From: Hydrurus foetidus | Taxonomy: Eukaryota | Assembly: GCA_900617105.1 (NCBI GenBank) | Contig: UYFQ01000842.1 | Coordinates: 1 to 64,000 of the forward strand | DNA length: 64,000 bases | Reading direction: 5' to 3' | In this document: piece by piece, positions 1 to 9,800 of the stretch | Numbering within the stretch: the first letter of the stretch is position 1 | Layout of the letters: each line of letters starts with the position of its first letter | Made by a program: the position numbers and the translations under genes | Notes under the pieces: model-generated | The model's input: only the letters and a program-made list of their open reading frames with translations | What the model was told of the DNA's origin: nothing | The model's database searches: none

Positions 1-467
1 CCAGCAATCAGGCCCAACGTGCCCAGCAAGGCTGCGCCCAAGATGGCAAATAGCAGCGCCCACAGTGGCGCTACAAAGCTGATGGGCGTGAAAAATGCAG
101 TGACCACAAACACCCCGGCACCCACCACCATGCCGCGGGCAATGCTGGAGCCGACGTAGGCAAAAAACCAGTTCCAGTGCGACAGCGGTGTGAGCAGCAG
201 AAACACCAGGTTGCCCATGATCTTGCTCTGGATCAGCGACGACGAGCTGTTGGCAAACGCGTTTTGCAGCACGCTCATCATCACCAGGCCGGGCACCAGA
301 AACGCGGTGTAGCTAATGGTGTCGTAGACCTTCACATAGTCTCCGAGCGCGTGTCCAAAGATCATCAGGTATAGCAACGCCGTGAGCACGGGCGCGGCCA
401 CGGTCTGAAAGCCGACCTTCCAGAAACGCAGGGTTTCCTTGTAGAGCAGGGTTTGCCAGCCGTTCAT
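1..467 (-). CDS. ABC-2 type transporter permease (YadH-like), truncated by window edge
   Basis: Hand translation from ATG at 467: MNGWQTLLYKETLRFWKVGFQTVAAPVLTALLYLMIFG...FLVPGLVMMSVLQNAFANSSSS; overlaps the stop of the upstream ABC ATPase by 4 nt. Confidence 0.9.
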   Translation of the reverse strand, partial: MNGWQTLLYKETLRFWKVGFQTVAAPVLTALLYLMIFGHALGDYVKVYDTISYTAFLVPGLVMMSVLQNAFANSSSSLIQSKIMGNLVFLLLTPLSHWNWFFAYVGSSIARGMVVGAGVFVVTAFFTPISFVAPLWALLFAILGAALLGTLGLIA

Positions 468-1393
468 GCGCCCACCTCTTCCGCATTGCCCATCACGTCC
501 AGAAATACGTCCTCCAGATCTGCCTTGCGGATCTCGACGTCTTCCACCGTGACACCGGCCTCGCGAACCGCAGTCAGGTACTGTTCAATCTCCAGCGCGT
601 TATGCGCGGGTAGCTGCACGATGCGGCCCGTGATGCGCGCGCGCGCGGCCAATTCGATGGGCAAGGTGTCGCCAGTTTTAAAACGCAGCACATTGCTGCT
701 GGCGGCCTTGAGCAGATCGCTGGTTTTATCGAGCGCCACAATGCGGCCGGTCTTGAGCATGGCAATGCGGCCGCACAGGGCCTCGGCTTCTTCCAGATAA
801 TGGGTGGTCAGCAGGACGGTGCTGCCTTGTTTGTTCAGGTTGGCCACGAATTGCCACAGGTTTTGGCGCAATTCCACATCCACACCCGCCGTGGGCTCGT
901 CCAGCACGATGACTGGTGGCTTGTGCACCAGCGCTTGCGCTACCAACACGCGGCGCTTCATGCCGCCGGACAACTGACGCATATTGGCATTGGCCTTGTC
1001 AGTCAAGCCCAGGCCTTCGAGCAGCTCGTCCACCCAGGCGTCGTTGTTCTTGACGCCAAAGTAGCCTGACTGGATGCGCAGCATTTCGCGCACATTGAAG
1101 AAGGGGTCAAACACCAGCTCCTGCGGTACCACGCCGAGCTTGCGGCGGGCATCGGCATAGTCGGTCTGCACATCGCTGCCGAGCACGGTGACCCGACCGC
1201 TGCTGGCGCGGGTCAGACCTGCCAGGATACTGATCATGGTGGTTTTGCCCGCACCATTGGGGCCCAGCAAACCGAAAAACTCACCCTCCTCGATATCGAG
1301 GCTGACGTGGTCCAGTGCTTGGAAGGTGGTGCCTTGGGGCCCTCTGGGTGAGGGGTAGGCTTTGGAGACCGATTGGAAAGATATGGCAGGCAT
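464..1393 (-). CDS. ABC transporter ATP-binding protein (YadG-like)
   Basis: Walker A GPNGAGKT, signature LSGG, Walker B IVLDEP, H-loop. Confidence 0.95.
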   Translation of the reverse strand: MPAISFQSVSKAYPSPRGPQGTTFQALDHVSLDIEEGEFFGLLGPNGAGKTTMISILAGLTRASSGRVTVLGSDVQTDYADARRKLGVVPQELVFDPFFNVREMLRIQSGYFGVKNNDAWVDELLEGLGLTDKANANMRQLSGGMKRRVLVAQALVHKPPVIVLDEPTAGVDVELRQNLWQFVANLNKQGSTVLLTTHYLEEAEALCGRIAMLKTGRIVALDKTSDLLKAASSNVLRFKTGDTLPIELAARARITGRIVQLPAHNALEIEQYLTAVREAGVTVEDVEIRKADLEDVFLDVMGNAEEVGA

Positions 1394-1422
1394 GTGAGCC
1401 TGCGATTTTACGCCGAGGGGGC

Positions 1423-1689
1423 TCAGGAACCGGCCAGCAGGCCGTCAATCCCGTACAAAGTAGCCAAATCACGCAACCGGGTCGGCAAGCCTTGCACGGC
1501 AAATTGCTTGCCGATGCGCGCGCACTCCCGGCGCAGCTCCAGCAAAACTGCCAGCGCCGAAGAATCGAAGCGCTGCAACGACGCCCCGTTGACCACAATG
1601 CGCTCCGGCTCCTGCCCTAGCCCCGATCGCAACTCCGCCAGACAGGTCTGAGCGACTTCTTGCGTCAGGGTGGCGGGTAGATTCAGCAC
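1423..1689 (-). CDS. mlaB: STAS-domain protein, MlaB-like
   Basis: FDSSALAVLLE STAS motif; last gene of the mla cluster; GTG start at 1689 inferred. Confidence 0.8.
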   Translation of the reverse strand: MLNLPATLTQEVAQTCLAELRSGLGQEPERIVVNGASLQRFDSSALAVLLELRRECARIGKQFAVQGLPTRLRDLATLYGIDGLLAGS

Positions 1690-1690
1690 A

Positions 1691-2347
1691 TCAGCCTTTC
1701 TTGGCGGCGTTGGCCTTGTTTTGCTCGGCCAGCGCGTCAATCAGGCCGTCCAGGCCCTTGGCGTTGATCTGCTGTGCGAACTGGCTGCGGTAGGTTTCGA
1801 CCAGCCACACGCCCAGCACATTGAGGTTGTAAATTTTCCAGCCTGCGCCCACGCCAGGCGTTTTCTCCAGGCGGTAATCAAGCTGAATGGCATCACCACG
1901 GCCCTTGACCTCGGTGCGCACAATCACTTCCTTGTCCTCAGGCGCTGCGCGCAGAGGCTTCATGGCAATGGTCTGGTCACTGACCTGGGCCAGGGCACCT
2001 GCGTAGGTGCGCACCAACAGGATCTTGAATTCGTCTTGCAGGCGTTTTTGCTGGTCAGGCGTGGCTTGGCGCCAGCCCGGGCCTACCGCCGAGGCTGTCA
2101 TGCGCTGGAAATCTACGTTGGGCATGATGCGGCTGTCTACCAGCGCCACCACCTTGGCCATATCGCCCGCGCGAATGGCCTTGTCACCCTTGATGGTGTC
2201 CAACACATCCACCGACAGGCGCTTGATCAGGGCATCCGGCGCCTCGTCCTCGGCGTGCACCATAGGCGCCCAGGTCAGACTACCGGCCACCAAAGACCAG
2301 GCCATTGCTGTCAATACACGTCGCTTGTTCCACATGGTTGGGTTCAC
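1691..2347 (-). CDS. mlaC: Periplasmic phospholipid-binding protein MlaC/Ttg2D
   Basis: Signal peptide; DFQRMT..AVG..WR, LLVRTY and WKIYNLNVLGVWLVETYRSQF motifs. Confidence 0.92.
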   Translation of the reverse strand: MNPTMWNKRRVLTAMAWSLVAGSLTWAPMVHAEDEAPDALIKRLSVDVLDTIKGDKAIRAGDMAKVVALVDSRIMPNVDFQRMTASAVGPGWRQATPDQQKRLQDEFKILLVRTYAGALAQVSDQTIAMKPLRAAPEDKEVIVRTEVKGRGDAIQLDYRLEKTPGVGAGWKIYNLNVLGVWLVETYRSQFAQQINAKGLDGLIDALAEQNKANAAKKG

Positions 2348-2407
2348 TCCTTAAGCACGATTATCTACCGCACTGCCCCTTTTTTATCGGCATGAAAGAA
2401 CAGCCCC

Positions 2408-3160
2408 TTAAGGCTCGGTGCCATCTTCTTCCGGCGGGTTACCGTCGTATTGTTGGTTGCGCTGGCGCTGAAAATATGCGTCGCGAGTAAAGCTATAGCG
2501 GTCCAGCGCCGCGCCTTCCACCACCTCGCCTGCGCGCAGGTACTTGGCACGCGTGTCCACGGCGTTCAACACGGTCAAGCCGGTACGCGTGCCTTCGACA
2601 GGGATTTGCGACACCAGATTACCCTGCTGGTCGACCGGAATGGCGACCACTTCGCGCAATGTGTAGGAGCCCAGCAGCGGTAGCACCACATACGGCCCGG
2701 GTCGCACGCCCCAGCGCCCCAAGGTGACCCCAAAGTTGCCAGGATGGCGCTCGATATTGAGGTCACTGGCCACATCCATGACACCGCCCAGACCCATGGT
2801 GGTGTTCACCATGAAACGGCCCAGGTTGTCGCCCATGTCGCGGCCGCGAAGCTGCATGCCGTTGTTGATGGCGGACCAGAAGTCTTCGAGGTTGCCAAAG
2901 AAATTGCCCACGCCTTTTCGCACCATGTCTGGCACTACGCCACGGTAGGCCGTGGCGACGGGCTTGAGCACCGCCTTGTCCACTACATCGTTGAACCCGA
3001 ACACGCCGCGGTTGAACGATTCGATCGGGTCACGCGAATCGGGGCTTGCCACCGTGGCGCAGGCTTGCAGCAACACCATGCTGCCCAGCACCGACCACAG
3101 CGCCAGACGGCGCAATACACCCCACAAGCAAGCATTCCGAAGGGAAAGACCCAGGGTCAT
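2408..3160 (-). CDS. mlaA: MlaA/VacJ lipoprotein
   Basis: Lipobox LQAC; DPIESFNR, NTTMGLGG and GPYVVLPLLG motifs. Confidence 0.93.
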   Translation of the reverse strand: MTLGLSLRNACLWGVLRRLALWSVLGSMVLLQACATVASPDSRDPIESFNRGVFGFNDVVDKAVLKPVATAYRGVVPDMVRKGVGNFFGNLEDFWSAINNGMQLRGRDMGDNLGRFMVNTTMGLGGVMDVASDLNIERHPGNFGVTLGRWGVRPGPYVVLPLLGSYTLREVVAIPVDQQGNLVSQIPVEGTRTGLTVLNAVDTRAKYLRAGEVVEGAALDRYSFTRDAYFQRQRNQQYDGNPPEEDGTEP

Positions 3161-3639
3161 TTGGCCGCCTTCTCCGATGAGGGGCCGTCCGCCGCCTTGC
3201 TGAACAGGAACTGGCTGATCAGGTTTTCCAGCACCACAGCAGACTGGGTGGTGCCAATGCTGTCGCCGGCCGCCAGATTGGCCGAGTCGGCACCGGCTTC
3301 AATGCCGATGTATTGCTCACCGAGCAGGCCGCTGGTCAGAATCTTGAGCGAACTGTCTTTGGGGAAGGCAAAGCGCTTATCCATGGACAGCACCACTTTG
3401 GCCTGGAAACTCTTGTCGTCGAAGCTGATGGAGTCCACACGACCGACCACGACGCCGGCGCTTTTGACAGCCGCCTTGGGTTTGAGGCCGCCGATGTTGT
3501 CGAACTTGGCGCCCACCGTGTAGCCACGCTCGAAGTTCAGCGACAACAGATTGGCCGACTGCAGGGCCAGAAACAGCAGCGCCGCCGCGCCCAGTAGCAC
3601 AAACAGGCCCACCCACACATCTTTGCCAGAACGTTGCAT
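3157..3639 (-). CDS. mlaD: MCE-domain protein MlaD
   Basis: N-terminal TM; FDNIGGLK..AAVKSAGVVVGRV and TSGLLGEQYI motifs. Confidence 0.95.
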   Translation of the reverse strand: MQRSGKDVWVGLFVLLGAAALLFLALQSANLLSLNFERGYTVGAKFDNIGGLKPKAAVKSAGVVVGRVDSISFDDKSFQAKVVLSMDKRFAFPKDSSLKILTSGLLGEQYIGIEAGADSANLAAGDSIGTTQSAVVLENLISQFLFSKAADGPSSEKAAK

Positions 3640-3649
3640 TTGCAATCCC

Positions 3650-4432
3650 CTAAATACTGAACATCATGGCGGTCAGGACGAAGTCCAGACCCAACACGGT
3701 CAACGACGCCACCACCACCGTACGTGTGGTGGCATGGGCCACGCCCTCTGGTGTGGGCTGGGCCTCGTAGCCCTGCAGCAGCGCAATGAAGCTCACCGCA
3801 AAACCGAACACCGCGCTCTTGAGCACGCCGTTGCCCACATCCAGCCACACATCCACACCGCCCTGCATTTGGCTCCAGAACGAACCAGAGTCAATGCCAA
3901 TCATCACCACGCCAACAACCCAGCCGCCAATAACGCCCACAGCACTGAACACGGCCGCCAGCAGGGGCATGGCAATCACCGCGCCCCAAAACCGTGGCGC
4001 CAGGATCCGCTGCACCGGGTCCACGGCCATCATCTCCATGGCGCTGAGTTGTTCGCCGGCTTTCATCAGGCCGATCTCGGCAGTCAACGAGGTACCGGCC
4101 CGACCTGCAAACAACAAGGCAGTGATCACCGGCCCCAGTTCGCGCACCAGGCTCAACGCCACCAGCAGACCCAGCGCTTCGGATGAGCCGTAGCGCTGCA
4201 GCGTGTAGTAACCCTGCAAGCCCAGTACAAAGCCCACAAAAATGCCAGACACCGCAATGATGGCCAGCGAGTAGTTGCCCATGAAGTGAATTTGGTCGCG
4301 CACCAGGCCGGGGCGCCGCACCACGGTGCCGACAGACGCCAACAGGCGGCCAAACAGGCGAGCACCATAGCCCAGGTCCGCCAGCTTGGACCGGACCGCC
4401 AAGCCTACGTCTGAAGGGTGGTACCAGCTCAT
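3650..4432 (-). CDS. mlaE: Lipid asymmetry ABC permease MlaE
   Basis: RELGPVITALLFAGRAG and AEIGLMKAGEQL motifs. Confidence 0.95.
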   Translation of the reverse strand: MSWYHPSDVGLAVRSKLADLGYGARLFGRLLASVGTVVRRPGLVRDQIHFMGNYSLAIIAVSGIFVGFVLGLQGYYTLQRYGSSEALGLLVALSLVRELGPVITALLFAGRAGTSLTAEIGLMKAGEQLSAMEMMAVDPVQRILAPRFWGAVIAMPLLAAVFSAVGVIGGWVVGVVMIGIDSGSFWSQMQGGVDVWLDVGNGVLKSAVFGFAVSFIALLQGYEAQPTPEGVAHATTRTVVVASLTVLGLDFVLTAMMFSI

Positions 4433-5268
4433 CGTCCCGCCCCCGCAGAAAAATCGGAGTCCACACTGGAAGCCGGATAGTGAAAGCGCACCGGCCCTTC
4501 GGGCTCGGCGTTGACAAACTGGTGCACCAGTGGATCGGTGCTGTGGCGCACTTCTTCGGGTGTGCCCTGGGCGGCAATCTTGCCGTTGGCCAGGATGATG
4601 ACCTTGTCGGCGATGTGGAAGGTTTCTTCGAGGTCGTGCGAGACGATCACACTGGTCAGGCCCATGGTGTCATTGAGCTGGCGGATCAGGCGGGCTGCGG
4701 TACCCAGCGAAATCGGGTCCAGCCCGGCAAAGGGTTCGTCGTACATCACCAGTTCAGGGTCCAGGGCAATGGCGCGGGCCAAGGCCACGCGCCGTGCCAT
4801 GCCACCGGAAATTTCGGCGGGCATGAGGTCGCGCGCACCACGCAGACCCACGGCGTTGAGCTTCATGAGCACGATGTCACGCACCAGGGCGGGGGACAGG
4901 TTGGTGTGTTCGCGCAGCGGGAAGGCCACGTTGTCGTACACACTGAGGTCGGTGAACAGCGCGCCAAACTGGAACAGCATGCCCATACGGCGTCGAGCTG
5001 CGTACAACTGCTGTGCGTTGGCCCGGCCCATGTCCTGCACATCTTGGCCGTGCTGCGCACCGTGCAGCAGTAACTCGCCCTTCTGGGCGCGGTGCTGACC
5101 ACCAATCAGGCGCAGTACGGTGGTCTTGCCACCGCCCGAGGCACCCATGAGCGCAGTGACCTTGCCCCGCGGAATGGACAGCGTCACGCCGTCCAGGATC
5201 AGGCGTTCGCCGTAGCCAAAGGACAGGTCGTGAAGTTCAACAAGGGGGTCGGATGGGTGTTCGGCCAT
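4429..5268 (-). CDS. mlaF: Lipid asymmetry ABC ATPase MlaF
   Basis: GASGGGKT, MLFQFGALFTD, ISGGMARR and MYDEPFAGLDP; ATG at 5268 chosen because the longer start runs through a hairpin. Confidence 0.93.
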   Translation of the reverse strand: MAEHPSDPLVELHDLSFGYGERLILDGVTLSIPRGKVTALMGASGGGKTTVLRLIGGQHRAQKGELLLHGAQHGQDVQDMGRANAQQLYAARRRMGMLFQFGALFTDLSVYDNVAFPLREHTNLSPALVRDIVLMKLNAVGLRGARDLMPAEISGGMARRVALARAIALDPELVMYDEPFAGLDPISLGTAARLIRQLNDTMGLTSVIVSHDLEETFHIADKVIILANGKIAAQGTPEEVRHSTDPLVHQFVNAEPEGPVRFHYPASSVDSDFSAGAGR

Positions 5269-5270
5269 CA

Positions 5271-5296
5271 AGTAACAAGGCCGGGGAGTCCCGGCC
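5271..5296 (-). terminator. Putative intrinsic terminator downstream of gltD
   Basis: GGCCGGG-N4-CCCGGCC stem followed on the minus strand by TTGTTACT (imperfect U tract). Confidence 0.45.
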
Positions 5297-5322
5297 ATGG
5301 AAAGCATAAGGGATTCCGCGCC

Positions 5323-6791
5323 TTAACGCGGCAAGTCGCTGAAGCCCATCAGAAACTCGTCAACCGAACGCGCGGCCTGGCGGCCTTCGCGAATCGCCCA
5401 CACCACCAGGCTTTGGCCGCGGCGCATGTCGCCAGCTGCAAACACCTTGGGCACATTGGTCGCGTAGCCGCCAATGAACTCGGTGCTGGCTTTGGCGTTG
5501 CCGCGGGCATCCTTGTCCACACCGAACACCTCCAGCACGGTCGCCACGGGGTTCACAAAGCCCATGGCCAGCAGCACCAGATCGGCTTTGAGAACTTTGC
5601 GCTGCCTGGAACTCGACCATCTTGCCGTCCTTGAGTTCGACCTGCACTGTTTTCAGGCCTGTGATCTTGCCTTTTTCGCCGATGAATTCTTTGGTGGAAA
5701 TGGCGAATTCGCGCTGCAGCCTTCTTCGTGGCTGGAGCTGGTGCGCAGTTTGAGCGGCCAGTAGGGCCACGTCATGGGGCGGTTTTCTTCTTCGGGCGGC
5801 TGGGGCATCACCTCGAACTGGGTGACGCTGACCGCGCCGTGGCGGTTGCTGGTGCCTACGCAGTCGCTGCCGGTGTCGCCACCACCAATGACGATGACGT
5901 GTTTGCCATCGGCACGCAGTTGGCCCTTGACCTTGTCACCCGCGTTGACCTTGTTTTGCTGGGGCAGGAATTCCATCGCGAAATGGACGCCGTCCAGATC
6001 GCGCCCAGGGCACGGGCAGGTCACGCGACTGCTCGGAGCCGCCGGTCAGCAGCACGGCATCGAAGTCGGCTTTCAGTTGCTCAGCGCGAAATGGTTTCTT
6101 TGGCCCAGTTGGTGACTTTGGAGCCCTTGGGCATCGCGCCAATCAGCACGCTGGTGCGGATGGTGACACCTTCGGCGACCATCTGTTCAACGCGGCGGTC
6201 GATGTGGCTCTTTTCCATCTTGAAGTCGGGAATGCCGTAGCGCAGCAGGCCGCCCACGCGGTCGTTTTTCTCGAACAGCGTCACGTCGTGGCCGACACGC
6301 GCCAGCTGCTGGGCAGCGGCCATGCCCGCAGGGCCTGAGCCAACGATGGCGACTTTTTTGCCGGTCTTGTGCTTGGCAGGACGGGGCGTGACCCAGCCTT
6401 CAGACCAGGCGCGGTCGATGATGGCGTGTTCGATGGACTTGATGCCCACCGCATCGTCATTCACGTTCAGCGTGCAGGCCGCTTCGCAGGGTGCGGGGCA
6501 GATGCGGCCAGTGAACTCGGGGAAGTTGTTGGTGCTGTGCAGCGTGTCGATCGCGTTCTTCCAGTCCGCAGGCGCCTAGACCAGGTCGTTGAAGTCCGGA
6601 ATGATGTTGTTGACCGGGCAGCCGCTGTTGCAAAACGGTGTGCCGCAGTCCATACAGCGCGCGGCCTGCTTGTTGGCCTGCGCGTCGTCCAAGCCCACCA
6701 CAAACTCTTTGTAGTGCTTCAGACGTTCGGTAACGGGTTTGTAGCCCTCTTCGAGGCGCTCAAACTCCATGAAGCCAGTGACTTTTCCCAT
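5323..6791 (-). CDS. gltD: Glutamate synthase small subunit; reading frame broken in this sequence (probably sequencing errors)
   Basis: Consecutive fragments in different frames: [69 protein letters not shown]; at least 5 lesions. Confidence 0.9.
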
Positions 6792-6810
6792 GATGTTTCT
6801 CCATTCAGTT

Positions 6811-6851
6811 GGGGACAGAGCAGATTTGCTTCACAAATCCTGGTCTGTCCC
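6811..6851. repeat. ~40-bp imperfect palindrome in the gltB-gltD spacer, with a GGGGACAG head
   Basis: GGGACAGA-g-CAG-ATTTG-cttca-CAAAT-c-CTG-g-TCTGTCCC. Confidence 0.7.
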
Positions 6852-6860
6852 GCAAGGTCA

Positions 6861-9800
6861 TTATTTAGCCGGCGCTGCTTCTTTTTTTGTAGCAGCTGGG
6901 GCAGATTTGGCGGGGGCCTTGGCCGATTTGCGTGCATGGATCTCACCCAGAGCACGTTTGTACTCGTTGGGGAAGACCTTGACGAACTTGGCGCGCGAGG
7001 TGTCCCAGTTGTCCAGCAACTCGCGGGCGCGTTTGCTGCCAGTCCAGCGGTTGTGGTCTTCCAGCAGCTTCTTGAGCTGGGCTTCGTCGCTTTCGCCACG
7101 GTGCCACACCGCCTTGTCGACGCTGGCTTCCTGTTCCTTGGCGGTCAGCACCTTTTCCAGGCTGACCATCGCCGTGTTGCAGCGCTTGGCGAACTGGCCG
7201 TCTTCGTCGTACACATAGGCAATGCCGCCGCTCATGCCGGCGGCAAAGTTGCGGCCGGTCTTGCCCAGCACCGCGACCGTACCGCCGGTCATGTATTCGC
7301 AACCGTGGTCACCCGTGCCTTCCACCACCGCAGTGGCACCCGACAGACGCACCGCAAAACGCTCGCCGGCCACACCGCTCAGGTAAGACTCACCGCTGGT
7401 CGCGCCGTACATCACGGTGTTGCCGACGATGGTGTTGCGCACGGCTTCGCCTCTGAAGTCGATGCTGGGGCGCACGATGATGCGGCCACCCGACAAGCCC
7501 TTGCCGGTGTAGTCGTTCGCGTCACCAATCAGGTACATGGTGATGCCCTTGGCCAGAAGGCGCCAAAGACTGGCCGCCCGTGCCTTCGAGCTGGATGCGG
7601 ATGGTGTCGTCGGGCAAGCCTTGGGGATGCGCCTTGGTCACCGCGCCGGACAGCATCGCACCGACGAGCGGTTCACGTTGCGGGCCACTTCCATGAACTG
7701 ACTTTTTCGCCGCGCGAATGGCCGGCTGCGATTTCTCGATCAGCACGTTGTCCAGGCTTTTTCCAGGCCGTGGTCTTGGTTGGCGTCTGGTAACGGGGCA
7801 CGTCGGCAGGCACTTAGGCTGCGCAAACAGGCGGGCAAAGTTGAGGCCCTGGGCCTTCCAGTGTTCAATGCCCTTGCGGGTGTCCAGCAGGTCGGATCGG
7901 CCAATCAGGTCGTCAAACTTGCGGATGCCCAGCTGGGCCATGATCTGGCGCACTTCTTCAGCGATGAAGAAGAAATAGTTGACCACGTGCTCGGGCTTGC
8001 CGGAGAACTTGGCACGCAACGTGGGGTCTTGCGTGGCCACACCCACGGGACAGGTGTTCAGGTGGCACTTGCGCATCATGATGCAGCCTTCCACCACCAG
8101 CGGTGCGGTGGCGAAACCGAACTCGTCAGCGCCCAGCAGCGCGCCAATGGCGACGTCGCGGCCGGTCTTCATCTGGCCGTCGGCCTGCACACGAATGCGG
8201 CTGCGCAGGCGGTTCAGCACCAGGGTCTGCTGGGTTTCGGCCAGACCGATTTCCCAGGGGCTGCCCGCATGCTTGATGGACGACCAAGGGGATGCGCCGG
8301 TACCACCATCATGGCCGGCAATCACCACGTGGTCGGCCTTGCACTTGGCCACACCCGCAGCAATGGTGCCGACGCCGATTTCAGACACCAGCTTCACGCT
8401 GATGCCGGCGTGCGGCGCCACGTTCTTCAGATCGTGGATCAGCTGGGCCAAGTCCTCGATCGAATAAATGTCGTGGTGCGGCGGTGGGGAAATCAGACCC
8501 ACGCCGGGCACGGAGTGGCGTAGCTTGCCGATGTACTCGGACACCTTGCCACCGGGCAACTGGCCACCTTCACCAGGCTTGGCACCCTGGGCCATCTTGA
8601 TCTGGATCTGGTCCGCGCTGTTCAGGTACTCGGCAGTGACACCGAAGCGGCCGGACGCGACCTGCTTGATGCGCGAGCGCAGGCTGTCACCGGCATTCAT
8701 GGGGATGTCGACTTCCACCACGTCTTTGCCAATGATGTCGGCCATGGTCTGGCCCTGCTTGATCGGGATGCCCTTGAGTTCCTGGCGATAACGCGCAGGA
8801 TCTTCACCGCCTTCACCGGTATTACTCTTGCCGCCGATGCGGTTCATGGCAATGGCCAGTGTGGCGTGGGCTTCGGTGCTGATGGAACCCAGCGACATGG
8901 CGCCGGTGGCAAAGCGTTTGACGATTTCCTTGGCCGACTCCACTTCGTCCACCGGAATGGCTTTGGCGGGATCGATCTTGAACTCGAACAGGCCGCGCAG
9001 CGTCAGGTGGCGCTTGGATTGGTCGTTGATGATCTGGGCGTATTCCTTGTACGTGTTCCAGTTGTTGGCACGCGTGGAGTGCTGCAACTTGGCAATCGCA
9101 TCGGGCGTCCACATGTGTTCTTCACCGCGCACACGCCAGGCGTATTCGCCGCCCGCGTCCAGCGCGTTGGCCAGCACCGGGTCGTCGCTGAAGGCCGCCT
9201 TGTGCATACGGATGGCCTCTTCGGCGATCTCAAAAATGCCGATGCCTTCCACGCGGCTGGGCGTGCGGGTGAAGTACTTGTCGATGGTCTCGGTGTTCAG
9301 GCCAATGGCCTCGAACAGCTGGGCACCGCAGTAGCTCATGTAGGTGGACACACCCATCTTGGACATGATCTTGGAGAGGCCCTTGCCGATCGCCTTGATG
9401 TAGTTGTAGATGGCCTTGTCGGCACTCAGGTCGCCCGGCAGATCCTTGTGGATGCTGGCCAGCGTTTCCATCGCGAGGTAGGGGTGCACGGCTTCTGCGC
9501 CGTAACCCGCCAGCACGCCGAAGTGGTGCACTTCGCGGGCCGTACCGGTTTCGACCACCAGGCCGGCCGTGGTGCGCAGACCGGCACCGACCAGGTGCTG
9601 GTGAATCGCCGACAGGGCCAGCAACGCGGGGATCGCCACCTGGGTGGCAGACACGGCGCGATCGCTGATGATCAGGATATTTTTGCCACCCCTGATCGCG
9701 TCCACAGCTTCAGCGCACAGCGAGGCCAGCTTGGCTTCCACACCTTCGTGGCCCCAGGCCAGCGGGTAGGTGATGTCCAGCGTCTGGCTGCGGAACTTGC

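Noticed and set aside
1611..1643. Minus-strand GTCTGGCGG-N8-TCGGGGCTAG in mlaB, resembling the 3' half of the 55-bp repeat
   Set aside because: No 5' GCTA..TAGC hairpin and several mismatches; compatible with chance in GC-rich coding DNA.
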